A stretch of 64,000 nt of DNA. Source: Nitrosopumilus sp. (lineage in GTDB: Archaea; Thermoproteota; Nitrososphaeria; Nitrososphaerales; Nitrosopumilaceae). The translations under genes and the position numbers were made by a program. The stretch lies in assembly GCA_965223425.1 (NCBI GenBank), contig OZ245003.1:288001-352000 (forward strand), written 5' to 3'. A model generated the notes under the pieces. It was given only the letters and a program-made list of their open reading frames with translations, was not told where the DNA came from and did not search any database. Positions 43,425 through 53,239 of the stretch are shown here, piece after piece (positions within the stretch are counted from its first letter, which is position 1; each line of letters opens with the position of its first letter).

Positions 43425-44234
43425 CGTTATGTGTCCATAGTGCACGGACTCGCCGGAGGATCTCACAGACGGAACAACGCCGACATAAGAGCACAGCTTG
43501 TGCGAGTTGACGAACCTTCCTATGCCGTCTATTGTACATGCAATGACCAGTGCAGAGTATGCCCCGACACCCGGAACGGTCTGCAGCAGAGTTGCATCCT
43601 CGTTCTCCTTTGCTGCCTGGCGCACCCTTGCATCTGACTGGAGTATCTTGTCGTTTATGCTGTTTATCGTGTCCAGGTACGAGTCTATCCTATAGTCGCT
43701 TATCTTTCGAACCTGCGCAATCCATGGCCCGCAAAACGGCTTGCCGTCAGGCCGAATCGATCTCTGCAGCAGTATGCCGTGTATGGAGTTCTTCAGTCCT
43801 GTCCTGTGGCGTACCAGGTTGTGCCGGTAATTCACCAGGTCCCTGTTGTTCATGTTCTGCAACGTGGGTACGTGGCACGATACTATGTATCCTCCCCTGT
43901 GCATGTCTGCCAGAATTCTGGCATCCACCTTGTCAGTCTTCTTTTTGGACTCTGCTATGAGCTTGGTGGTGTACGGGTTTGACAGCGACACGTCCATGCT
44001 TAGCTCGTCTCTTGTCTGAAAGAACGGCGCCTTCCAGACAGACGAGGATTCCATCACAAGCTTAGAGTCCCTGTGCAAACAGCCTATGTTGTACCTGATG
44101 TCTTCGGCTGTGTTTGCTATCTCTTTGTTGAGCAGTTCCTCGCCGTTTTCATCCATGACTGACATCTGGATGGTCTTCTTGTGGACATCCAGGCCGACAA
44201 AGACAGCTGACATGCATATCCTCGGATCTGGGGT
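43425..44234 (-). mobile_element. IS110-family element type 2, 3'-truncated by IS630-A
   Basis: MSAVFVGLDVHKK, MESS, KKTDKVDA, VPGVG, VPSVRSSG...YGHIT then abrupt end. Confidence 0.9.
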
Positions 44235-44334
44235 TGTGTGTTTGTTTGCATTTCTGATCCTTGCAGTACCGGCTCTGTTTTCTGAACCAGAACCACTCTT
44301 ATCATCTGATTTCCTTGATCGGGGCACATAAGAT

Positions 44335-44539
44335 TACATTTTTTTAAACTTGTATGATATAGAATTTTGTGGATGTTACGTTTTTAGTGCCATACAGAGG
44401 CATCCCAAAAGAGGCAGAGTTGGCAAAGATAACCATACATTTTTTTAAACTTGTATGATATAGAATTTTGTGGATGTTACGTTTTTAGTGCCATACAGAG
44501 GCATCCCAAAAGAGGCAGAGTTGGCAAAGATAACCATAC
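44335..44539 (+). repeat. perfect 101-bp tandem duplication of promoter and first codons of a glycosyltransferase
   Basis: 44335-44435 equals 44436-44536, with TAC microhomology. Confidence 0.9.
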
Positions 44540-45363
44540 CTGCAATGGCTAGACTAAATCCATCAGAAGTATTATTTGGCATGGACTGGGGGGGGGGTGC
44601 AGATTCTTCTCCAATTCATGCAGACATGTTTAAACAATCTAGGGTTATTCGAGTAAAAAAATCAGGTTGGAACATGCAGCTTGCCAAAGTCATGTGGGAT
44701 TGCATACTAGAGTCTTCTAATGATATTATCTGCGTCATAAATATAGATGAGCTTGTAAATCCTATCCTGATGGAGGGAGCAGGTGTTGTTGGTGTGGATG
44801 GTGTGGCCTTGCATTCCGCACAAGCAAGGCCGTGCATAAAGACGTTTCGGGACAAAATAAGGCACATGGGTTATGAAAAGCACATCAGTACCGCACCAGA
44901 ACCGTTTGAGAATTTTACTGGTGTCTTCTGGCTTTATAGACCGTACATTCTTAAAACAATAGATTCAGCCAAGTATTCTAAAATCCATAACGGTAGTGAT
45001 GGTTTCATTTTTCATCATGTGCGAAAATCTAGATATGACATTGTATATTCTAGGAAATTCAGCCACACCATGCTTGACTATGATAACAATACTCTGCCAT
45101 GGAGACAGTTTCACGATGGTGTGTGGTCATATACGCATAACTGGCCATGCCCAGGTAGGATTTTAAGGAATGTAAAGACACGTACATGGTTTTATTCAAT
45201 AATAAAAAAACATCCATATTTTTACCGAGGTTGGATATGGGCTAGAGACAACAAAGGAAGCCATGCAGTAAGTATAGCACAAAAAGAATCGTTTTATGAA
45301 TGGGCATTTCGAGGAAATTGGATGAAGGCCGAAATATTACTATCTTGTGGCAGAGAACTCTAA
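44470..45363 (+). CDS. putative GT-A fold glycosyltransferase (paralog group 1)
   Basis: TFLVPYR, FGMD, NIDE, FTGVFWLYRPY, LPWRQFHDGVW. Confidence 0.65.
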   Translation: MDVTFLVPYRGIPKEAELAKITIPAMARLNPSEVLFGMDWGGGADSSPIHADMFKQSRVIRVKKSGWNMQLAKVMWDCILESSNDIICVINIDELVNPILMEGAGVVGVDGVALHSAQARPCIKTFRDKIRHMGYEKHISTAPEPFENFTGVFWLYRPYILKTIDSAKYSKIHNGSDGFIFHHVRKSRYDIVYSRKFSHTMLDYDNNTLPWRQFHDGVWSYTHNWPCPGRILRNVKTRTWFYSIIKKHPYFYRGWIWARDNKGSHAVSIAQKESFYEWAFRGNWMKAEILLSCGREL

Positions 45364-45493
45364 TTTTTTTTCACATAATTTTTGAATTTTAGGAAAGTTT
45401 GGGAATAGGCATTTTTCTGATTCTTGTGGGTTCTGGAAGATTTCGGTGATCAGGTCACCAAAATTTACCAGATCCGTCCTAATTGCCGTGCCG

Positions 45494-46495
45494 CTACGGA
45501 TCGGAGACTGTCTTTAGGATCTCTCCTGCCACACACACAACCTCGTCGTTGTCAAGATTCGTAGTTGAAGGCAGATATAATCCGGTCTTATGCCGTCTCT
45601 CTGCGTTGGAAAACTCCCGGCTTCCCAGAAATCCCGAGGCCACCGGCTGATTGTGCAACGGTTTTGGGTACGGCCTACAGTGTATACCCTTGGCCTTTAG
45701 CGTTTGGTGTATCCTTTGCGCGTGTGACGTAAACACGTCTACATACCACTGGGGCTCGTCTGCATCAAACGATACTACGTCCCCGAGTATATCGCGGTAT
45801 ATCTCGTACATCTTTCCAAGCTTGGCGATCCGCCTCTTGAGGCTTGCCAGCTGAACCAAGCCAAATGCGGCCTGGATCTCGGTCAGCTTAAAGTTCATGC
45901 CCCATGAGTCATAATTATCTGACATGGGCTTGAGTATCTGGCGGTCGGTTCGCCCGTGATCCTTGAGCCGCACTAGCTTCATGAACAGATCATCGTCGTC
46001 ACAGCACACCGCCCCACCCTGTCCGCCCGTGGTTATGTGCTTGGTCGATGCAAAGCTGTATGTACTTACCTTTCCCCGTGTGTGATGCCCTATCGCCTGT
46101 GCGCAGTCCTCTATAATCCGCACATCTTGTACCAGCCGTCCGTTGGCGTGCACTGCGATGGCCTCATTCTCCACGGTCTCTATCAGACCCTGCTGATCAA
46201 CGTCTACGACCACCGGCGAGATGCCGGATGCCATGAGAGCATTGAACGCAAATATGCCGTCGTGTGCTGGCACCGCCACTCTTTTCTCCCGCCCGTACAC
46301 TGCATTTATCGCGCAGTAGAGCGCTACGGTGCCACTTGTGACTGTCACGCAGTGCTTTGCCCCCACATGTTCTGCAAAGCCGCGCTCAAAGGCCCTAACT
46401 GTCTTATGCTCGTTGAGATAGTCCGAGTTCTCAAGCACGTCTGCGACCGCCTTTACTTCGTCTTCTCCCCAGTAGGGGATAAACTGTGGGATCAT
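45494..46495 (-). CDS. DegT/DnrJ/EryC1/StrS sugar aminotransferase
   Basis: FERGFAE, TSGTVAL, IIEDCAQAIG, SFASTKHITTGGQGG; start at MIPQF overlapping the upstream stop. Confidence 0.93.
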   Translation of the reverse strand: MIPQFIPYWGEDEVKAVADVLENSDYLNEHKTVRAFERGFAEHVGAKHCVTVTSGTVALYCAINAVYGREKRVAVPAHDGIFAFNALMASGISPVVVDVDQQGLIETVENEAIAVHANGRLVQDVRIIEDCAQAIGHHTRGKVSTYSFASTKHITTGGQGGAVCCDDDDLFMKLVRLKDHGRTDRQILKPMSDNYDSWGMNFKLTEIQAAFGLVQLASLKRRIAKLGKMYEIYRDILGDVVSFDADEPQWYVDVFTSHAQRIHQTLKAKGIHCRPYPKPLHNQPVASGFLGSREFSNAERRHKTGLYLPSTTNLDNDEVVCVAGEILKTVSDP

Positions 46496-47415
46496 TTTGC
46501 ACCCTTCACCGAAGACTTCCATGTGCTTACCAAGGAAGGTAAGGCCGATTCTGGGGTGTGTTTTGCCTCAAAGCCCAGATCCCTGCAGGCCTTTGAAAAG
46601 TCCACCTTGTAATCGCGATTGTCTATGCTCTCGATGATCTGGATCTCCGCGCCGGTGTGCTTACACACCATCTCTGCCAGCTCTCTCTTGGTAAAGTTCT
46701 GTGAGTTACTGCCCACGTTGTATACGGATTTTTCGTCCTGCTTTGCCTTGGACACTGCCAAGCCAATTGCCCGTGAGATGTCCTCTACGTGGCATATGGG
46801 CCTGCACGCATCAGGCTGGAAGACATCTACGATGCCATTTGAGATTGCCCTCTTAACAAAGTCATTGAGCAACACGTCCCAGCGCGTCCTGCCAGTTCCG
46901 ATGCCATATGCGGTGGCACACCGCAGTATGGTTACCCCTGGCACATTGCGCAACAGGTAGTTTTCTGCGTCCACCTTAGTGCGCGCATACATGGATACTG
47001 GAAGCAGTTCCGAGTCCTCGTCTACTGGCTTGTCAGACTTGCCGTAGTTGCTACATGTGCTCATGAACACCATCTCCTTCCCGAGCTTGGCGCAACAGTC
47101 GCCCACGATCTCTGCCATGTACTGGTTTACGAACATCCCGTGCTCCGGCCTCCTGGCCGTCTCTGGCATGGTAAGTGAGGCCATGTACACCACCATGTCA
47201 TGGTTCTTGAGCAGGTTCCATGTCAGGTTCATGTCAGCCACGTCACCCTTGACAAATCTGAACCGGTGGTCGCTGAATGTGCGGTGAAAGTATGCCGGCT
47301 CGACATCGAACTCTAACGTATCGAGCACTGTGACGCTGTACTTTTGGGTTCTCTGCAGGTGACCCATCAGGGTCGATCCTATATAGCCTAGGCCTCCGAT
47401 TACTAGTACGTTCAT
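46492..47415 (-). CDS. NAD-dependent sugar epimerase/dehydratase
   Basis: GGLGYIG, STCSNYG, YARTK (YxxxK), RPICHVED. Confidence 0.93.
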   Translation of the reverse strand: MNVLVIGGLGYIGSTLMGHLQRTQKYSVTVLDTLEFDVEPAYFHRTFSDHRFRFVKGDVADMNLTWNLLKNHDMVVYMASLTMPETARRPEHGMFVNQYMAEIVGDCCAKLGKEMVFMSTCSNYGKSDKPVDEDSELLPVSMYARTKVDAENYLLRNVPGVTILRCATAYGIGTGRTRWDVLLNDFVKRAISNGIVDVFQPDACRPICHVEDISRAIGLAVSKAKQDEKSVYNVGSNSQNFTKRELAEMVCKHTGAEIQIIESIDNRDYKVDFSKACRDLGFEAKHTPESALPSLVSTWKSSVKGAK

Positions 47416-48656
47416 TGCCTTCCCAGATGGTGTACGGTGATGCCACTTTTGGGTTTTACGTATCCGAACGGATCTATGATAACGCTGCCCTCGGGGTAGT
47501 CAAAGTCCTGAAAATAGTCGTGCTTGGTACCTACAAAGAAGATCGCCGGCTCCCTGATTAGTCCTGCTAGTCCGTCGGTTCCGTCCACGTGAGGATCCCA
47601 TATGGTCACATGCACACCGGCGTCTTTGAGCTCGTTGTACAGCCGTACAGATGGGCTTCCCAGTGTGAGGTTGGTCTCCGGCTTGTAGGACTTGCCGAGT
47701 ATCACCTTTGGCATGTCGTAGGATTTTATCATGTCTGCAAACCACTCTATGTGGTGCTCGCGTACCACCATGCTCTCCGTGTATATGTCATTTGACAGCT
47801 CGTGGCGTTTTGCAAGGTCTGCCAGCGCTATGTTGTCACGCGGGTGGCATCCGCCTCCATCCGGCATGCCTCCTTTCATGTATGCCGGGCTGATTATGCG
47901 CTTTTTGCAGTCGGAGAGTGCGTCGATCACCACGTCCACGTCGGCTCCCATATCCTTCATCTTGTGGCACACCTCCATGAGGTTGTTGGCAAAGTTGATC
48001 TTCATGGTTATGTAGGTGTTGTAGTTGACCTTGACCAGCTCGGCGTTGACTATGCTCATCTCATGGAACGGCGCATCTGTTATGGTACTGTAAAACTCCT
48101 TTGTCTTCTCCACAGCCTGCTTGTCGTCCACTCCAAACAGGACTATCTCGGGGTTCAGAAAGTCGTGCACCGTCGTCCCCATCGCTATGAAGAACGGGTT
48201 GTAGCACAGCTTTACATGCGGCGAAAGCAACGGCTTTATCTCCCGGTCTATAGTGCCCGGTAACACCGTCGATATTATTATGATTATTCTGTCCTGTCCC
48301 ATCTTGTCCAACTCATCCGATATGGCCTTGCAGGCAGATTTTAGGTACTCGTAGTTAAAGTCGGCCGTGGTAGGCGGTAGCTTCGTGACCCCCTCGTATA
48401 GCGGATCATGCGGCGTCTGCACCGGCACGAAGACCATCTCGGATCTCTCTAGTACGTCCCTTAGCGGGAGCACCTGCAACCTTGTATTTTTTAGCAGCTC
48501 AGCTACCCCAGCCTCAAGGTAGGGTATGCTACCTGACTCGATGTATTCCTTGATTTTCGGGTTTATGTCATAGCCATTCACGGTGTGTCCCTTGGACTCT
48601 ACTGCCAATGCGGAGGGAAGGCCGAGCTTACCAAGTCCCACAAAACCTATATTCAC
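47412..48656 (-). CDS. UDP-glucose/GDP-mannose dehydrogenase family protein, copy 2
   Basis: Near-identical to 16180-17424. Confidence 0.92.
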   Translation of the reverse strand: MNIGFVGLGKLGLPSALAVESKGHTVNGYDINPKIKEYIESGSIPYLEAGVAELLKNTRLQVLPLRDVLERSEMVFVPVQTPHDPLYEGVTKLPPTTADFNYEYLKSACKAISDELDKMGQDRIIIIISTVLPGTIDREIKPLLSPHVKLCYNPFFIAMGTTVHDFLNPEIVLFGVDDKQAVEKTKEFYSTITDAPFHEMSIVNAELVKVNYNTYITMKINFANNLMEVCHKMKDMGADVDVVIDALSDCKKRIISPAYMKGGMPDGGGCHPRDNIALADLAKRHELSNDIYTESMVVREHHIEWFADMIKSYDMPKVILGKSYKPETNLTLGSPSVRLYNELKDAGVHVTIWDPHVDGTDGLAGLIREPAIFFVGTKHDYFQDFDYPEGSVIIDPFGYVKPKSGITVHHLGRQ

Positions 48657-48698
48657 AGAACATATCCGCGTATTGTAGTATAAAGATTTAACGTGATA

Positions 48699-49284
48699 CA
48701 GTAGTTGGGATTGTACATTTTGGATAGCCCAAACTGATCATTTTAAGAACAAAACACGATCAACCAGATCCAAATACAAGGCATGTTCACCCACCTTGAC
48801 TTGTACGAAAAAGATGGGCAAACACACCAACAGAACCAAGACATCAGGGGATTTAAAATCTTCCAGTCTGCGTTGCAGCGCCTGAACCTTGCCTTTGGCA
48901 CAAGACACAGCACGCTGTACGGCCTCAGGGATGCGGCGCACATGCTTCTTCTGGTCATGGCCAGCTCCAACGGATACGCCAACGGCGCACGCGATCTCGG
49001 CTCTCCCGGCATCCGCATGCCGTCGGGCAGCTGGCTGCTCAAAAAGCTGCGCATCACAAAGCAGGACAAGATGAGTCATTTCTGCAACCAGATGATGCAT
49101 GATACGGTCAACACGGCATGCCGCAGCATGAGGCGACGCATCAGCAACGAAACGACAGTGGCTGCAATAGACAAGCACAAGATTCCGCACCACGACAGGA
49201 ATCCCGACCTCAAACACCTCATACAGTCAAAATACGAGTCAGGAACGTACAGGTTTGAGTCATACATAACATCCAAGATATGCA
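48699..49284 (+). mobile_element. ISH3/IS4-like element type B, truncated by IS630-B
   Basis: Left IR cagtagttgggattgtac; matches the 5' half of 51799-53103. Confidence 0.88.
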
Positions 49285-50426
49285 TAGTAAGCACATAAAA
49301 AAACTGAATCATTTTGACAATTATTTTTGGCCAAAAGATCCAAGACCGGCCATATCGCACACACTGCATGTACAAACAAAAAAAGAGACAGGTTGCAAGG
49401 GGGGCAAAATTTCTGCCAAACACCGGCGTTGCAGACCTCAAAAAGGCATACAAAAAAGAGACCGATCCCAGAAGGCGCGACAGGCTGCTTGCGTACATGC
49501 AGCGCAAGGACGGCGTGCCGCTAGACAGGATTGGAAGGATGCTGGGAAGGCCCAGGTCCACCATATCTGCATGGCTCAACCGCGCACAGGAAGAGGGAAT
49601 GCGTGCAAGATTCGAGCGCAGCGGCAGGGGACGAAAGCACCTGCTAAACGGGCCGCAGTCAAGACAGCTTGCAGCAGACCTGGATGCGGGGCCGGAGTCA
49701 TGCGGCTTTGAGAGCAGCCTGTGGGACTCCAACCTGGTAAGGCTGCACATCAAGCGAAAGTTCGGCGTGCAGTACAGCAAAACAGGCGCGCTGCAGCTGA
49801 TCAGGGAGATGGGCTTTTCGTGGAGCAAGGCGCGTCCAAAAAACCCCAAGTCAGCCTCAAAAAGAAAGCAAAAAGAGTTTCAGGGGCGAGCAAAAAAACT
49901 CGTTGCAGAAAAGTCGGCACAGGGGTACACCATCCTGGCAAACGACGAGTCCTCGATTGAAAAGGCATCAAACAGGCCCGGCTACGGGTGGAGAAGGCGC
50001 GGCAGACATGCCACATCCCCATCTTTTTTGTCACGCGAGAGAAGATACATCTTTGGAGCTTTGGCGGCAAACGCATTTTACTTTATGTTTTATGAAAAGC
50101 CAGACAGCGACAGCTTTTGCAGCTTTCTGGAACGGGTTCACAAAAGATTCGGCAGGGTGCTGCTGTTTGTAGACAATGCGTCATATCACAAATCCAAAAA
50201 GGTAAAAGAGTTTCTGGAAAGATACAACGGCGAGATAGTTCTGGAGTACCTGCTGCCGTACACGCCGGAGCTTAATCCCATTGAGATGCAGTGGAGGGTG
50301 ATAAAGCGGGTACTGTCTGCAAAGGTGTTTGGCACGCTAGATGAGATGGAGCAGTCAGTACGCAAGCTGTTTGCCAGAAAGGAGATCCTGCCTGTGAAAA
50401 TGTTCAATTATTTAATGTGCTAACTA
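49285..50426 (+). mobile_element. IS630-family element type B, intact ORF 49314-50423
   Basis: IR tagtaagcacat / atgtgctaacta; NDES, DNASYH, PELNPIE; CA on both flanks. Confidence 0.93.
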
Positions 50427-50843
50427 CAGATTGTGTCTATAATTCACCAGGTCCCTGTTCTCCATGTTCTGTGATGAGGGTATGTGACATGATATTATGT
50501 ATCCTCCCCTGTGCATGTCTGCCAGAATTCTGGCATCCACCTTGTCAGTCTTCTTTTTGGATTCTGCTATGAGCTTGGTTGTGTATGGGTTTGATAGCGA
50601 CACGTCCATGCTTAGCTCGTCTCTTATCTGAAAGAACGGTGCCTTCCAACAGATGAGGATTCCATCACAAGCTTCGAGTCCTTGTGTAGGCAGCCGATGT
50701 TGTACCTGATGTCTTTTGGTGTGTTTGCTATCTTTTTGTTGAGCAGTTCCTCACCGTTTTTATCCGTAACAGACACCTGATGGTCTTCTTGTGGACATCC
50801 AGGCCGACAAAGCCAGCTGACATGCATATACCTGGATTAGGAC
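50427..50843 (-). mobile_element. IS110-family type 2 variant, 5' fragment
   Basis: GLDVHKK, VMESS, KKTDKVDARILAD; frameshifted; cut by IS630-B. Confidence 0.85.
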
Positions 50844-50993
50844 TGTGTGTTTGTTTGCATTTCTGATCCTTTTAGCAGTGGATCTTTTTGAACCAGAACT
50901 GTTCTTATCATCATCTAATTTCCTTGATCGAGGCACATAAGATTACGCCATGACACTAGCACCATTTTTATGCCTAGAATTTGCTAAATTGTT

Positions 50994-51779
50994 TTGTTGA
51001 ACAGGAAAATTCTGGGGGAGATCATTGATAGGGACTACATGCAGATGGCCAAGTCGATTGAGGAGTTCCTCCGTCGGGAGGTGTCCGAAAAAAGATCCAA
51101 CGGCGTAGTCCTCGGCTTGAGCGGTGGCATCGACTCGGCGGTGGTCGGGACTCTATCATGCAGGGCGCTAAAGGAGAAGGCCTTTGCTCTGATAATGCCC
51201 GACTCTGATGTCTCACCTGACAGCGAGACTAGGGATGCAGTAAGTCTAGCAGAATCACTTGGACTGGGATATGAGATGATCGACATAAACCCCATAGTAA
51301 AAGAGTACTCGAGTCACCTAGAACCGGACGAGATGGCCACGGGGAACCTGAGAGCTAGGATCAGAGCTAGCATCTTATACTACTATGCAAACTCAAAGAA
51401 TACCCTAGTTCTTGGTTCCAGTGACAGAAGCGAGTGGCTGATAGGATATTTTACAAAGTTCGGCGATGGCGCATCAGATCTACTCCCAATAGTCTCCCTG
51501 TACAAGCTACAGGTAAGGAGCATTGCAGAACACCTCGGGATCCCACGGAATATAATCGCCAAGAAGAGTAGCCCGCACCTGTGGAAGGGCCACTTGGCAG
51601 AAGAAGAGATAGGCTTGGATTACGAGGAGATGGATCCCATACTGTACTGTCTGATCGACAAGAAGATCTCCGCCGGGGAGACAGCAATCATATGTGATGT
51701 GGAAAAATCATCCGTGGATAGGGTGTTAACGTTATACAGAGATAGCGAACACAAAAGAAGTGATGCCGTAAGGTGGTAG
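50994..51779 (+). CDS. nadE: NH3-dependent NAD+ synthetase
   Basis: GLSGGIDS, GNLRARIR, GYFTKFGDG, LYKLQV, SEHKR. Confidence 0.92.
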   Translation: MLNRKILGEIIDRDYMQMAKSIEEFLRREVSEKRSNGVVLGLSGGIDSAVVGTLSCRALKEKAFALIMPDSDVSPDSETRDAVSLAESLGLGYEMIDINPIVKEYSSHLEPDEMATGNLRARIRASILYYYANSKNTLVLGSSDRSEWLIGYFTKFGDGASDLLPIVSLYKLQVRSIAEHLGIPRNIIAKKSSPHLWKGHLAEEEIGLDYEEMDPILYCLIDKKISAGETAIICDVEKSSVDRVLTLYRDSEHKRSDAVRW

Positions 51780-51798
51780 TAGGCAAACGGCCCGTTAG

Positions 51799-53103
51799 CA
51801 GTAGTTGGGATTGTACCGTTCCAAAACAGCCCACAAATCACCCGGTAGGCGGTGGTGGCCACCTGGCATACACATATTCTGCAAACACGCGGATCATCCT
51901 GTTTAAAACACCGGCAAGCGTCACATGATATCTTTGTCTGCACACCGTGCGACGCAGGCCTATCCAGATGTTGTTTATCACCAGTGACAAGACAAACAAA
52001 AGCATCCGTACGGAGGGGTTCCTGCTGGCAGTGCGCGCGCGTACGCTCTTTGCAGACCTGTACCCCGTTTCAATTCCCCAACGTTTTTTGTACTGCTCTG
52101 GGATGTACTTGACAACGTCCCTTTCATTCTCGCATGGCAGCGACGTTGCAAATGCGCGATACCTGTCAAACATGGTGCCGTCTTTTTTCCCGGCGTCATC
52201 CCTGATCAGAACCAGGTTGAACGTGAACTTTTCGGAGCCTGATTTTATGGTGTACCTGGAGACATCGCCGCGCTTTCCTTGGGCGTGCTGTACAATGGCG
52301 CGCTTGATGCCGGCATTCTTTTTTGCCGGCATGATAAAATGCCTGTGAAGCGATCTGACAGTCCGCATCACGTCTGTTGCGTAAAACTCCCTGTCAAGAA
52401 GGTAAAGATTGATTCCAAGGTGCAGCTTGGAGCACTTTTTGATGGTTTTACGCACGAACTCGCCGTTGGATGTACCCCGGGTGACCGGACTGAAGCACAG
52501 GTTGGCCTCCTTGCCGCCCTGCACTATCTTGGATGTCATGTATGACTCAAACCTGTACGTTCCTGACTCGTATTTTGACTGTATGAGGTGTTTGAGGTCG
52601 GGGTTTTTGTCATGGTGCGGAATCTTGTGCTTGTCTATTGCAGCTACCGTTGTTTCGTTGCTGATGCGTCGCCTCATGCTGCGGCATGCCGTGTTGACCG
52701 TATCATGCATCATCTGGTCGCAGAAGCGGTTCATCTTGTCCTGCTTTATGATGCGCAGCTTTTTGAGCAGCCAGCTGCCCGACGGCATGCGGATGCCGGG
52801 AGAGCCGAGATCTCGCGCGCCGTTGGCGTATCCGTTGGAGCTGGCCATGACCAGAAGCATGTGCGCTGCATCCCTGAGGCAGTACAGCGTGTTGTGTCTT
52901 GTGCCAAAGGCAAGGTTCAGGTGTTGCAGTGCGGACTGGAAGATTTTAAATCCCCTGATGTCTTGGTTCTGTTGGTGTGTTTGCCCATCTTTTTCGTACA
53001 TGTTAAGGTGGGTGAGCATGCCTTGTATTTGGATCTGGTTGATCGTGTTTTGTTCTTAAAATGATCAGTTTGGGCTATCCAAAATGTACAATCCCAACTA
53101 CTG
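51799..53103 (-). mobile_element. ISH3/IS4-like element type B, intact transposase 51838-53019
   Basis: IR cagtagttgggattgtac, 5-bp TSD gttag; AID, LDREFY, YKKRWGIETGYR. Confidence 0.93.
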
Positions 53104-53239
53104 GTTAGAGTTTACCATAATATGAGATTTTTGCCACGCATGGTTAAAGAGATGATCTGGCAAGTGGAGGCCGTACTAACTTTAAATACGTCGTATGAAA
53201 AACGATTTTGTTTTTGGAAATCATTATTACATGTAGAAC

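Noticed and set aside
44211-44327. N-terminal extension MPRSRK...NKHT as part of the IS110 transposase
   Set aside because: Out of frame in the 50843 copy, and the same segment occurs without IS110; treated as flanking DNA.
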